Source: Actinomycetales bacterium
Lineage (GTDB): Bacteria > Actinomycetota > Actinomycetes > Actinomycetales > CAVURS01
Assembly (NCBI GenBank): GCA_045807245.1
Contig: JBJMHS010000051.1
Location: forward strand, 6,044-70,043
Direction: 5' to 3'
DNA: 64,000 nt
Positions 17,584 to 26,919 of this stretch are shown here, one piece after another (position 1 is the stretch's first letter; each line of letters starts with the position of its first letter). The notes below the pieces were generated by a model that was given only the letters and a program-made list of their open reading frames with translations, was not told the DNA's origin and did not search any database. Both the position numbers and the translations under genes were made by a program.

Positions 17584-18015
17584 CTAGGTGCCGTTCTCGA
17601 GGAACTTCTTCAGCCCGGCGAGCATCATCGACCAGTTGTCCCGCGAATGCCGGGCCTCCTCCTCGCTGCCGTTGTTGTCTTGGCTCAACGCGATGTGCGT
17701 CCCGCCATCACCGGCGGTCAGCTCGTAGGAGACGGTGTGGTAGTTCTGCGGCACGTCTTCCTGGCCGGTCATGGGGCTGAAGTGGGTCACCACCAGCTCA
17801 CGCTGCGGGTCCACCCGGACAACGGATCCCTTGTCCTCGTACGGCTTGCCCTCCCACTCGCCCTTCCAGCGGATCGGACTGCCCGGCTGCCAGTCGGTCT
17901 CGAGCTCGGTGCCGAACATGTACTGCTTCACCTGCTCCGGGTCGGTCAAGGCGGCCCACACGGCCTCCGGTGGGGCAGCGACATCGACCTCGGCCGTGGC
18001 GACGATGCCGGCCAT
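17584..18015 (-). CDS. SRPBCC / AHSA1-domain protein
   Basis: 143 aa. VDVAAPPEAVWAALTDPEQVKQYMFG is a typical polyketide_cyc2/AHSA1 start. AAGGAG RBS. Confidence 0.75.
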   Translation of the reverse strand: MAGIVATAEVDVAAPPEAVWAALTDPEQVKQYMFGTELETDWQPGSPIRWKGEWEGKPYEDKGSVVRVDPQRELVVTHFSPMTGQEDVPQNYHTVSYELTAGDGGTHIALSQDNNGSEEEARHSRDNWSMMLAGLKKFLENGT

Positions 18016-18056
18016 GTCGAACTCCTTCGTTGGGGTACGACTTCCTTTCTACTGGC

Positions 18057-19337
18057 TCAGCCGATGCCGAGCCACCCGTCGACCAGCTCGTTGCCGAACC
18101 GGCCAGAGGGATCATGCCTCTCGACGAGCGCGCGGAACTCAGCCATGTGCGGGTATCGAGGTCTCAGCCACTCCCCCGACACCGTGAAGACCTTGCCCCA
18201 GTGCGGACGCGCGTCGTACTGCTCCAGCCGTCGTTCGATCTCAGCCACGACCGGTACGACATGCGTCGGGTCCGGGCGCCAAGTGAAGTGGAAGGCCACG
18301 CAGTCCCTGCCCGCCGTCGAGCTCAACCACATGGGATCAGCTGCGACACAACGGATCTCGCTTACGAGCAGCTGCCGGCGCACGATGTCTCGAATCCCGA
18401 GCAGCGAGCGCCACGCCCGTGTCGCCAGCTCGAACGGCACCAGCCACTCAGACTGCAGCTCGTCGCCGGCACTCGGCCGGAAGTCGAGCCGGAAGTGCGG
18501 CATCCGCTCGTTCCAGGGCCCGACGACACCGAGCTGCTCGGTCGCGGACTCCGCGTCGATGCCGTCGATCGGATGCTGCGGCGTCTCGGCCAGCCGCCCG
18601 CCCCACAGGTCGGCTGGCCCAGGCGGTTGATCGAGGAGCGCCGCATCGACCTTTTGCTTCAGCCAGACCCGGTTCCGGTCCGGTTCCAACGCCGTGAAGA
18701 CGCTCACGCTGTACGCCGAGCCGAGGATCTCCCCGAGTCGCTCGGCCACCGTCGCGTCCGGCACGTCCCTGACCACCGACTGCGCCACGTCGTACGTGGG
18801 CACCACGTCCAGGGTGAGCTCCGTGACCAGACCGAGCCGGCCCAGCGCCAGCACCGACCCGTCGAACGTCTCCGCGTCCCCGGGGTCGTCGCGCGCGAGC
18901 GACACCAACCGGCCGTCGCCCTGGACCATCGTCAGCGCGCGCACGCTTCGGCTCAGGACCGGGTTGGCCCGGCCCGAGCCGTGTGTCCCGGTCGCGCACG
19001 CCCCGGCGATCGAGATGTGCGGCAGCGACCCGGTGTTCGGCAGGGCGAGGCCCACTGTCTGCAAGGCGGCGCCGACCTCGCCGTACCGGCTCGCACCGCT
19101 CACCCGGGCCGTGCGCGCCTGCCGGTCGATCTCGAGGACCTGGGGCAGGAGCCGCAAGGATACGAGCTCACCGACGGTGTCGGCGATGCGGTTGAACGAA
19201 TGGCCAGTGCCGAGCGCCCGGACCCGAGCGCTGCCGGCGACCAGCTCCTGGACGGCCTCCACGGTCGCCGGCTCGTGGAAGCGTGCCGCGCGGAAGGCGA
19301 CGTTGCCCGCCCAGTTCGTCACCCGCGCGTCGGTCAC
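18057..19337 (-). CDS. FAD-binding oxidase, alditol oxidase / D-arabinono-1,4-lactone oxidase family
   Basis: VTNWAGNVAF, RALGTGHSFN and GACATGTHGSG (FAD_binding_4), plus C-terminal ARPHWGK (ALO domain). GTG start at 19337; the longer track ORF has a Cys/Arg-rich, non-coding-looking N-terminus. Confidence 0.85.
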   Translation of the reverse strand: MTDARVTNWAGNVAFRAARFHEPATVEAVQELVAGSARVRALGTGHSFNRIADTVGELVSLRLLPQVLEIDRQARTARVSGASRYGEVGAALQTVGLALPNTGSLPHISIAGACATGTHGSGRANPVLSRSVRALTMVQGDGRLVSLARDDPGDAETFDGSVLALGRLGLVTELTLDVVPTYDVAQSVVRDVPDATVAERLGEILGSAYSVSVFTALEPDRNRVWLKQKVDAALLDQPPGPADLWGGRLAETPQHPIDGIDAESATEQLGVVGPWNERMPHFRLDFRPSAGDELQSEWLVPFELATRAWRSLLGIRDIVRRQLLVSEIRCVAADPMWLSSTAGRDCVAFHFTWRPDPTHVVPVVAEIERRLEQYDARPHWGKVFTVSGEWLRPRYPHMAEFRALVERHDPSGRFGNELVDGWLGIG

Positions 19338-19450
19338 GGGTCCACAGTGACGTACGCCGCGAAGGCAGTGACAGCGGCACCCCCACGCATCTCGACGCGC
19401 GATGTCTCGCGATCCGGGCGAGCATGGACGGACAGACCCTAGGAGGGGAC

Positions 19451-19627
19451 ATGGGAACCGAAGACAAGGCCCACAACAAGATGGACGAGCTCGAAGGCAA
19501 GGCCAAGGAGTTCGAGGGCAAGGCAACAGGCGACGAGACACGGGAAGCCCAGGGCGAAGGCGAGCAGTCGGTGGCCAACATCAAGCAGGCCGGCGAGAAG
19601 GTCAAGGACGCCCTCCGCAAGGACTGA
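19451..19627 (+). CDS. CsbD-family general stress protein
   Basis: 58 aa: MGTEDKAHNKMDELEGKAKEFEGKATGDETREAQGEGEQSVANIKQAGEKVKDALRKD. AGGAGG RBS at 19441. Confidence 0.85.
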   Translation: MGTEDKAHNKMDELEGKAKEFEGKATGDETREAQGEGEQSVANIKQAGEKVKDALRKD

Positions 19628-19682
19628 CCTTCTCCCCTACTCGGGAGTAGATGCGCTGGGCGGCAGACCGTAGGTTTGCCGC

Positions 19683-21386
19683 ATGTCCTCGGCAGCGTCG
19701 GCGGCACGGACGGTGCTCGACGCCATGCGCCAGGCGTGGGATGTCTCCCCGGCACTTGTCGTGCTCACCGAGGGCCCGGACCATCTGGTCGTCTATCAGA
19801 ACCCGGCGTCGGCCCGGTTGTTCGGGACGCGCCCCCTTGACCGGCCGATCGAGGCGTCGTTCCCCGAGCTGAGCGGGCGGGCCCGCGACACCTTGGACGT
19901 GGTCCTGTCCACCGGGCGGCCCGTCGAGCAACGGACGCCGGTGCCGGGTGTGCTCGGCGCCTCCGGCGAGGAGGTTCTGCTCACTTATGTGTTCGCGCCC
20001 ATCGGCCCTTCTGAGCAGGCACCTGCCGGCGTGTTGCTCACCGCCGTCGACATCACGGGGGAGGTTCTGACAGCGCGGGCCGCTGAGCAGTCCGCGTTGC
20101 TGGCCGTTCTGTCGGAGCAGATGAACGCGGCATCGGACCCGGCAGAGGCGCTGCACGAGATGACCCGGGCCCTGGTGCCCGCCCTCGCGGACCTGGCAGC
20201 GGTGTTCGTGTTCCCCGGCCGCGACGTGGAGTGGGGACTCGCCATGGGCGCGGCCCCCCGCCGCGGCGGACGACCGCACGCGATGACGATCAGCCCCGAG
20301 CTGCTCGAAGCCGTCGGGATGCCACCCGAGACCGAGCCGAACACCGAGCCCTCGCCGTGGGACGCGACGCTGGCGCAGGGGCACGCGGTGCTCATCGACG
20401 TCGAGGGCGGCCAGCTGGCCGCGGCAAGCAACGACGCCGGGCGGGCCTGGCTCCATAAGGCCGACTCGCACAACCTCGTCGTGCTGCCTCTGGCCCTGGC
20501 CGGCCAGCTGGCCGGCGTGGTGCTGCTGCTGGCGGCGGGCGCGCGGCCGCCGTACCGGCGCGAGGACCTGCCGTTCCTCGAGCTGGTGGCCGCTCGCGCG
20601 GGCGCAGCCGTCAGCCACCTGCGGGCCTTCCGCCATCAAGGACAGGTCGCGCTCGACCTGCAGCACGCGCTGCTGCCCCAAACCCCGACCGGGCTCAGCG
20701 GGCTCGACGTGGCTGCCCGGTACATCGCCGGGAGCGCCGACGTCGAGATCGGTGGGGACTGGTGGGACGTGCACCAGATCACGCCCGGCGTCACGGGTGT
20801 CGGCCTCGGCGACGTGTCGGGACGCGGCATCCAGGCCGCCATCGTCATGGGCCAGGCCCGCGCGGCGATGCGCGCCGCCGCGCTGGCCGGGCTGTCTCCC
20901 GGGGCTGTGCTCGCACTGCTGGACCGGCAGCTGGCCGAGGTCTTCGACGTCCCGATGGGCGGGACCGGACCGGTGCAGCCGCGGTTCGCGACGGCCGTCT
21001 ACGCCACCGTCGACACCACTGCTGAGACCCTGACCGTGGCCAACGCCGGGCACCCACCCCTGGTCGTGCGCTACCCCGACGGTGAGGTGGCGCGGGTCAG
21101 CGCGCCTCCCGGGCCGCCGATCGGGCTCGGCCTGCCTCAGTACGACGAGCTCGTCGTTCCGTTCCCGGCCGGAACCATAGTGCTCGGCTGCACCGACGGG
21201 CTGATCGAGACGCGATCGGCCTCATTGGGCGAGGGGCTCGACCGGCTGGAGCGGTTCGTGACCACGCTCGAGCCGTCCGGCGACATCGAGGGCGTCGCCG
21301 ACCAGGCGCTGGCCTGGATGTCGAACGACGGTGCGGCCGACGACGACATCGCCCTGGTCGTCCTGCGCAGCCACCCGACGGCCTGA
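19683..21386 (+). CDS. PAS-GAF-PP2C (SpoIIE-type) serine phosphatase
   Basis: 567 aa. PAS-like N-terminus, GAF-like middle, and a C-terminal SpoIIE domain with GGDWWDV, GDVSGRGIQAAIVMGQ and TDGLIE. Confidence 0.85.
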   Translation: MSSAASAARTVLDAMRQAWDVSPALVVLTEGPDHLVVYQNPASARLFGTRPLDRPIEASFPELSGRARDTLDVVLSTGRPVEQRTPVPGVLGASGEEVLLTYVFAPIGPSEQAPAGVLLTAVDITGEVLTARAAEQSALLAVLSEQMNAASDPAEALHEMTRALVPALADLAAVFVFPGRDVEWGLAMGAAPRRGGRPHAMTISPELLEAVGMPPETEPNTEPSPWDATLAQGHAVLIDVEGGQLAAASNDAGRAWLHKADSHNLVVLPLALAGQLAGVVLLLAAGARPPYRREDLPFLELVAARAGAAVSHLRAFRHQGQVALDLQHALLPQTPTGLSGLDVAARYIAGSADVEIGGDWWDVHQITPGVTGVGLGDVSGRGIQAAIVMGQARAAMRAAALAGLSPGAVLALLDRQLAEVFDVPMGGTGPVQPRFATAVYATVDTTAETLTVANAGHPPLVVRYPDGEVARVSAPPGPPIGLGLPQYDELVVPFPAGTIVLGCTDGLIETRSASLGEGLDRLERFVTTLEPSGDIEGVADQALAWMSNDGAADDDIALVVLRSHPTA

Positions 21387-21398
21387 ACCGGCCTCGGT

Positions 21399-21436
21399 TC
21401 GTCGCTGCGCGTCGTACCCCTCTGACGCAGCGTCGA
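21399..21436 (+). terminator. possible intrinsic terminator hairpin after the PP2C gene
   Basis: TCGTCGCTGCG (21399-21409) pairs with CGCAGCGTCGA (21426-21436): 11 bp with one mismatch and a 16-nt loop. No U-tract follows. Confidence 0.25.
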
Positions 21437-21557
21437 ACATCGCCCGGCAACGAGCGCGACTTCGGCCGAACTGCCTCCGCCGGCCACCGCCGCGGCCCTA
21501 CCTTCGCCACAGGCGCGGGTGTCGCGCGGTGTCGGGGACTTCAGCTCGGAGTGGTCG

Positions 21558-23636
21558 ATGAACAGTCGTCGTCGTGGTGTCGCCGTGCTCTGCGCATGCG
21601 CAAGCGCAGCCTTGATCGCGGCCGGGCTGTCGGGCGGCTCGGCCGTCGCGGCCAGCGGACCGAGCAGCGCACACACCCAGCTGGTCTCTTCCGTGCCCTC
21701 AGCGGTGACACCGCAGTTCACGGACGGCGTGGTGCTCGCCTTGGCTCAGGTCGGCAACACGGTGGTGGCCGGCGGCAGCTTCACCTCGATGACCGCGGCC
21801 AGCGGTGGCGCGACGTTGACCCGCAACCGGATTGCAGCGTTCGACGCGACGACCGGGGCGATCAGTACGACGTTCGCGCCGAACCTGAACGGCAACGTCG
21901 AGGCCCTGCTGCCCGGGCCTGTCGCCGGAACGGTCTATGTCGCAGGCGACTTCACGACCATCGGTGGTACGACCGTGCCGCAGCTCGCGCTGTTGCGAGT
22001 CAGCGACGGGAGCCGGGTCACGACCTTCGCGCCGGCCGCGATCAAGGGCGGCGTCCTCACGATGGCCCTGAGCCGGGGCCAGCTGTTCATCGGTGGCGGC
22101 TTCACGAAGATCGGCACGGCTACCCGGGGCGGACTGGCCTCGCTCGACCCGACGACGGGCGCGGTGACGGCGTTCGTCACCACCGGTGTCAGCGGCCACC
22201 ACAACTACGGCAACGTGTCGGACGCCGAGCTCCAGGCGCTGCCGCCCTTCCCAGGCTGGACGCCGACGGTCGCTAAGGGCCGGACGAGCGTGCAGCGCCT
22301 CGCGGTCAACCCGCAGGGCACCCGGATGATCGTGATCGGCAACTTCGACAAGGTCGGAGGCGTCCCGCACGACCAGGCCGCGATGTTCAACGTCTCCCCC
22401 TCGGCGGCGACGCTGGACCCGAACTGGGCCACGATGGCCTTCCACGAGGCCTGCTTCTGGTTCGTCTTCGACGGCTACATGCGGGACGTGGACTTCTCGC
22501 CGGACGGGAACTTCTTCGACATCGCCACGGCCGGCGGCCACGACCTCCTGCTGCCTGAGGCAGCCGTTCGCTGCGACACGGTGACCCGCTGGGCCGCGAA
22601 CGGTTCCGGCTCGGACGTTCAACCCCTCTGGGTGGCGAGCTCCGGCAGCGACAGCTTCTTCGGTGTCGCCGACACGGGTGTCGCGGTGTACGGCGTGGGC
22701 CACCCGCGCTGGATGAACAACCCGCTGGCGAGCGACATGGCCGGACCCGGCGCCGTCGCCCGCCCCAGCCTGGTGGCGCTCGACCCGGTCAACGGCATGC
22801 CGCTGGCCTGGAACCCGGGGCGCGAACCACGCGGTGATGGCGTGATGGCCGTCCTGGCGACCAACACGGGGCTCTGGCTGGGCTACGACACCAAGTTCAT
22901 GGGCAACCGCGAGTACACCCGGCAGCGCCTGGCCTTCCTGCCTCTGGCCGGCGGCTACACGCCGGCGTCGGTGACCACGGCGACCCTGCCGGCGACGCTC
23001 TACCTCGGCTCCGGGCCATCGCTGCAGTCCCGTGGGTTCGACGGTACGACGGCCGGTTCGGCCACCTCACGCACGTCACCGATGGACTGGACGACTGTCC
23101 GCGGGGCGGTCCTGATCGGCAGTCAGTTGTTCTATGGCAAGTCTGACCAGATGCTCTACGCACGCACGTTCGACGGCACGTCGTTCGGCGCCGAGCGGAC
23201 CGTCAACCCGTACAGCGACCCCAAGTGGGACAACGTCGTCGATGCCGGTCGCGGAACCAACGGGACCATCACGCTCAAGGGTGTGCAGCCGGACTTCTAC
23301 GCCCAGCTGCCGAACGTGACCTCGATGGCCTTCAGCTCCTCGACCGAGCGGCTGTACTACACGTTGGCCGGTGACCCGACGCTGTACTGGCGCGCGTTCA
23401 GCCCGGACAGCGGCGTGCTCTACCCGATCGCGCAGACGGTCGCGGGCGTCTCGATGGCGGACACCACCGGCATGTTCATCAGCGGTTCGACGCTGTGGTT
23501 CGCCAGCGGCTCCACGGGAGCGCTGAGCTCGGTCGGCCTGACCGCCGGCGGGTTCAACGGCTCACCGGCTGCGGTCAGCGGCCCGAGCATCGACGGGGTG
23601 AACTGGTCCGGCGCGACGCTGTTCGCCGGGCCATAG
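21558..23636 (+). CDS. large secreted beta-propeller-repeat protein
   Basis: Signal peptide MNSRRRGVAVLCACASAALIAAGLSGGSAVAA. Repeated motifs of the type VYVAGDFTTIGG / LFIGGGFTKIGT...LASLDPTTGAV are typical of propeller blades. 692 aa from ATG 21558. Confidence 0.7.
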   Translation: MNSRRRGVAVLCACASAALIAAGLSGGSAVAASGPSSAHTQLVSSVPSAVTPQFTDGVVLALAQVGNTVVAGGSFTSMTAASGGATLTRNRIAAFDATTGAISTTFAPNLNGNVEALLPGPVAGTVYVAGDFTTIGGTTVPQLALLRVSDGSRVTTFAPAAIKGGVLTMALSRGQLFIGGGFTKIGTATRGGLASLDPTTGAVTAFVTTGVSGHHNYGNVSDAELQALPPFPGWTPTVAKGRTSVQRLAVNPQGTRMIVIGNFDKVGGVPHDQAAMFNVSPSAATLDPNWATMAFHEACFWFVFDGYMRDVDFSPDGNFFDIATAGGHDLLLPEAAVRCDTVTRWAANGSGSDVQPLWVASSGSDSFFGVADTGVAVYGVGHPRWMNNPLASDMAGPGAVARPSLVALDPVNGMPLAWNPGREPRGDGVMAVLATNTGLWLGYDTKFMGNREYTRQRLAFLPLAGGYTPASVTTATLPATLYLGSGPSLQSRGFDGTTAGSATSRTSPMDWTTVRGAVLIGSQLFYGKSDQMLYARTFDGTSFGAERTVNPYSDPKWDNVVDAGRGTNGTITLKGVQPDFYAQLPNVTSMAFSSSTERLYYTLAGDPTLYWRAFSPDSGVLYPIAQTVAGVSMADTTGMFISGSTLWFASGSTGALSSVGLTAGGFNGSPAAVSGPSIDGVNWSGATLFAGP

Positions 23637-23755
23637 CGCTCAATCTCTTAACGTCCGCACAGGTTGGCGCTATCTGGGTCATACCTGCGCTGTCCAGGCT
23701 GCTGCCCTGATGGATGCCGGCTCCCGGTGTCCGCTGGACGAAGGGACGCAGCCCG

Positions 23756-24316
23756 ATGGACACCAACGAAGCACCCGCCACGCCCGCCGAGCACCAGCCC
23801 CCGCAGCGCAAGCGTCGGGTGGCCGCCGGTGCCGGCCTGGTCGCCGCCGGGCTCGTCGCGGGCGGGATCCTCGCCAACACGCTCGGGGCGTCAGCCGACA
23901 CGACCTCACCGACCAGCTCCACCAGCTCCAGCAGCTCCAGCAGCTCCAGCAGCGGCGCGCGACCCAGCGGGTCAGGAAACCCCGGCGGCTCCGCGCCGGC
24001 ACGCAGCGACGAGAAGGCCGTGACGGCCGCGCAGGCGAAGACGTTGACCGCCGCCGCGCTCAAAGCCGTGCCGGGCGGCACGGTCATCCGGGTCGAGACG
24101 GATGCCGGAGATGCGGCGTACGAGGCGCACATGCGCAAGGCCGACGGCACGTTGGTGACGGTCAAGTTCGACAAGAGCCTCGCGGTCGTCAAGGTGGAGA
24201 CCGGCATGGGCCAAGGCGACCCGGCGGGTGCCGGTGGTCCGGGTGGTCCGGGTGGTCCGGGTGGTCCGGGTGGTCATGGCGCCGCTAACGCCCCCGCCGG
24301 TGAGTCGGGCGCCTGA
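23756..24316 (+). CDS. membrane-anchored PepSY-domain protein with Ser-rich and (GGP)n low-complexity segments
   Basis: TM anchor AAGAGLVAAGLVAGGIL. PepSY-like core AAALKAVPGGTVIRVETDAGDAAYEAHMRKADGTLVTVKFD. The start could also be 23714. Confidence 0.7.
   Translation: MDTNEAPATPAEHQPPQRKRRVAAGAGLVAAGLVAGGILANTLGASADTTSPTSSTSSSSSSSSSSGARPSGSGNPGGSAPARSDEKAVTAAQAKTLTAAALKAVPGGTVIRVETDAGDAAYEAHMRKADGTLVTVKFDKSLAVVKVETGMGQGDPAGAGGPGGPGGPGGPGGHGAANAPAGESGA
23913..23953 (+). repeat. 9-bp tandem repeat block encoding poly-Ser
   Basis: ACCAGCTCC x2, then AGCAGCTCC x2, then AGCAGC. It encodes TSSTSSSSSSSSSS. Confidence 0.8.
24233..24277 (+). repeat. perfect 9-bp tandem repeat x4 (+1 degenerate copy) encoding (GGP)n
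   Basis: GGTGGTCCG at 24233, 24242, 24251 and 24260, then GGTGGTCAT. Confidence 0.9.
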
Positions 24317-24353
24317 CCGGACAGCCGCCGTACCGCTGAACTACGGTGCACCG

Positions 24354-25526
24354 ATGGCCGGGTCGACCCCAGAGACGCTGGATGTGCGATCTGCTCGACG
24401 GCTGTTCCCGGCCACGGGACGGCTGGCCTACCTCAACACGGCCGCAGTGGGGCTGGCCAGCGAGCGGTTGGCGCAGACCTACCACGACGTCGTGGACCGG
24501 TGGACGGGCGACGGCTTCGACTTCGTCACCGGCGAGGCGGCGGCGAACGCCGCGCGCGGCTCGGTCGCACGACTGATGGGCGCTGACAGCGACGACGTGG
24601 CGTTGATCCCGTCGGTATCGGCCGTGGCCGGACTCGTCGCCGCGCAGCTCGGCCCGGCCACGGCCGGACAGAACGTGGTCATCGGCGAGCGCGAGTACAG
24701 CTCCAACCACTTCCCCTGGCGGCTGCTGGCGACCAAGGGATACGACGTCCGGCAGGTGCCGTTCCGCGGCGGCGGCCTCGATCCGGACGACGTGGCGGAG
24801 CGCATCGACGACGGCACGCAGGTCGTCGCCTTCAGCGCCGTGCAGACGGCGACCGGTCACCGGTCGGACATCGCCGCCATCAGCAGGCGGGCGCGCGCCG
24901 TCGACGCGCTCGTCTTCGTTGACGGCTCGCAGATCGTGGGCGCGATGCCTGTGGCCGACGTGCTCGAACACCTCGACGTCCTCGCTGCGCCCGACCACAA
25001 GTTCCTGCTCAACGCCGGACGCGGCATGGGCTACTGCTACCTGTCGAGAACGGCACAGGACCGACTGACGCCGGTGGCCGCCGGGTGGCGGGCCGGCCGC
25101 GAGCCGCTCGCCAGCTTCTTCGGCCCCGAGATGGACCTGTCACCGACGGCGTCGCGTTTCGACAGCTCGATCAGCTGGCTGGCCGCGCTCGGCGAGCAGG
25201 CAGCGCTTTCGCTGTTCGACGAGCTCGGGGCATCGGCCATCTACGCGCGGAATGCGGAGCTGAGCGACCTGGCCCGGGCCGAGCTCACCCGGGCCGGTCG
25301 CCCGCCGGTCGACCTCGCCGCACCCAATCGCAGCACGATCGTCAGTGTCCCGTTGGGCGATACCGAGCCGGCGCCACTGCTGGCCATGCTCAGTGAGCGG
25401 TTCGGCGTCGTCTGCGCCGCCCGGGACGGCAACCTGCGCGTCGCGATCCACTTCTACAACGACGAGGACGACATCGAGCGCCTGGTCAGCGCCCTCGCAG
25501 CACCACGACCGTCCCCGACAACGTGA
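24354..25526 (+). CDS. class V aminotransferase-fold PLP enzyme (cysteine-desulfurase/SufS-like superfamily)
   Basis: 390 aa. AYLNTAAVGL start motif, and the segment LVFVDGSQIVGAMPVDV...LDVLAAPDHKFLL containing the PLP Lys region. Confidence 0.75.
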   Translation: MAGSTPETLDVRSARRLFPATGRLAYLNTAAVGLASERLAQTYHDVVDRWTGDGFDFVTGEAAANAARGSVARLMGADSDDVALIPSVSAVAGLVAAQLGPATAGQNVVIGEREYSSNHFPWRLLATKGYDVRQVPFRGGGLDPDDVAERIDDGTQVVAFSAVQTATGHRSDIAAISRRARAVDALVFVDGSQIVGAMPVADVLEHLDVLAAPDHKFLLNAGRGMGYCYLSRTAQDRLTPVAAGWRAGREPLASFFGPEMDLSPTASRFDSSISWLAALGEQAALSLFDELGASAIYARNAELSDLARAELTRAGRPPVDLAAPNRSTIVSVPLGDTEPAPLLAMLSERFGVVCAARDGNLRVAIHFYNDEDDIERLVSALAAPRPSPTT

Positions 25527-26451
25527 CGACGTAGGCCTTGTCGCCGACCAGCTCCACCGAGGTGGGTTGGTCCAGGCCGGTCGCGACCGGTGTCATCGTG
25601 CCGTCCGGCAGCACCTGCTCGAGCGCACCGGTGCCGGGGTCCGCGGGCGAGCCCTCGGGGTGGCCGGGTGTGAAGGTGCCTTGGGACAGTGCGAACAGCT
25701 TGCCGTGCCGGCCGGCCTCGACGTCCACCAGCAGCGGGGCACCCGACGCGACTGTGCGGCCGCTGCCGAACAGGCGCAGGATGCGGCCGTTCTCGGGCAG
25801 GTGCGGCACCGGACCGGCCTGCGCGACGTACACGTTCCCACCGCGCATGGCCAGACCGGTCGGAACCACGTCACCATAGGTCGCCACCTCGGTGATGCCG
25901 CCGTCCAACGTGACGTGAAGCACGCGGTTGTGATGTCCGTCGGTCACCAGGAACCCCCGCCCGTACGGCTGCATCGCGAACTGCACGCCGGTCGGGATGA
26001 AGAACGACGTCGTGGGCGGATGCGCGAGCGAGAAGGCACCGATGTCGGCCATCACCGTGACGTGGTGCGGCCCGTCGACGCGGTAGATGCCGTCGACAGA
26101 AGTGCCGCCGACGTCGGGGCTGACGAGCGACACCAGGACGTACGCCGTCTGGTCCAGGAAGGCGACGTCCATGGCGCCGCCGATCGGGGCGACCCGCTTG
26201 GGCAGCGCGTCCGTCACCGTGTCGCGCCGGCCGGTACGCCGGTCGACCCGGGTGACTCGTCCCGTGATCCCCTCGACGACGTAGAGCGCGCCGTCCGGGC
26301 CGATGGTGCTGCCCAGGGCACCCTCCAGACCGCTCACCAGGACATGCCGGTGCGGCTGCAGCGTGGTCGCGTCCGATGCGGGGGCGACGACGGCGGCTGA
26401 CCCGCCGGCCAGCGCGGCCGCGAACACTGCGCTCAGATATGTACGACGCAC
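25486..26451 (-). CDS. secreted beta-propeller protein (ScyD/ScyE- or NHL-like)
   Basis: Signal peptide MRRTYLSAVFAAALAGGSAAVVAPA. Blade-like repeats GPDGALYVVEG, GFLVTDGHHNRVLHV and GNVYVAQAG. The 3' end overlaps the convergent gene by 41 bp. Confidence 0.65.
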   Translation of the reverse strand: MRRTYLSAVFAAALAGGSAAVVAPASDATTLQPHRHVLVSGLEGALGSTIGPDGALYVVEGITGRVTRVDRRTGRRDTVTDALPKRVAPIGGAMDVAFLDQTAYVLVSLVSPDVGGTSVDGIYRVDGPHHVTVMADIGAFSLAHPPTTSFFIPTGVQFAMQPYGRGFLVTDGHHNRVLHVTLDGGITEVATYGDVVPTGLAMRGGNVYVAQAGPVPHLPENGRILRLFGSGRTVASGAPLLVDVEAGRHGKLFALSQGTFTPGHPEGSPADPGTGALEQVLPDGTMTPVATGLDQPTSVELVGDKAYVVTLSGTVVVLRGR

Positions 26452-26463
26452 GGCTCCTCCTCC

Positions 26464-26841
26464 TCAGCCGACCGGCTCGGCGCGCTCGACCGACGTGCCA
26501 TCACCGGCCACGATGTAGCCGAACCGCTTGCTCTGGCCGGACGACAGGGCGATGGTGCAGTTCGAGACCGAGGTGCCGGTCGACGGGATGCACCGGACCT
26601 TGGTGACCGTGACGCCCTGGGCGTAGTTGGCTCCCGTGGAGTCGGCGAGCATCTTGTTCCAGTCGTCGGTCACGTACTTCTCCAGCTCGCTGTTGATCCG
26701 TAGGTCGTGCGCCGGCTTGGTCTTCGAGGGTGTCGACGCGGCGGCGGCGGACGGCTTGTCCGAGCCTCCGCAGCCGACGGCGAGCGCCAGCGCGCCGACG
26801 GCAACCGGGGCGAGCAGGAGTCTGCGGGCGTTCATGGACAT
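26464..26841 (-). CDS. lipoprotein, unknown function
   Basis: Lipobox LALAVGCGG follows MSMNARRLLLAPVAVGA. GGAGG lies upstream. The start is 26841 or 26835. Confidence 0.7.
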   Translation of the reverse strand: MSMNARRLLLAPVAVGALALAVGCGGSDKPSAAAASTPSKTKPAHDLRINSELEKYVTDDWNKMLADSTGANYAQGVTVTKVRCIPSTGTSVSNCTIALSSGQSKRFGYIVAGDGTSVERAEPVG

Positions 26842-26919
26842 CAACCTCCATGGCGTGAGTGCTGGCCAGAGCAGGGTCTTGGGCGTCCCCATGGCTACGC
26901 GCCCAGCCTCGAAACGGCC

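Noticed and set aside
19640-19653. Palindrome CTACTCGGGAGTAG between csbD and the PP2C gene, considered as a terminator or operator.
   Set aside because: A 6-bp stem with a 2-nt loop cannot fold as a terminator. It is short enough to be chance, and no second copy was seen.
24233-24277. Short tandem repeats (here and at 14839-14900, 23913-23953 and 50773-50808) considered as CRISPR-like or minisatellite elements.
   Set aside because: The units are 9-12 bp, contiguous, in frame and inside well-supported coding regions. There are no spacers and no cas genes, so they are coding low-complexity repeats.
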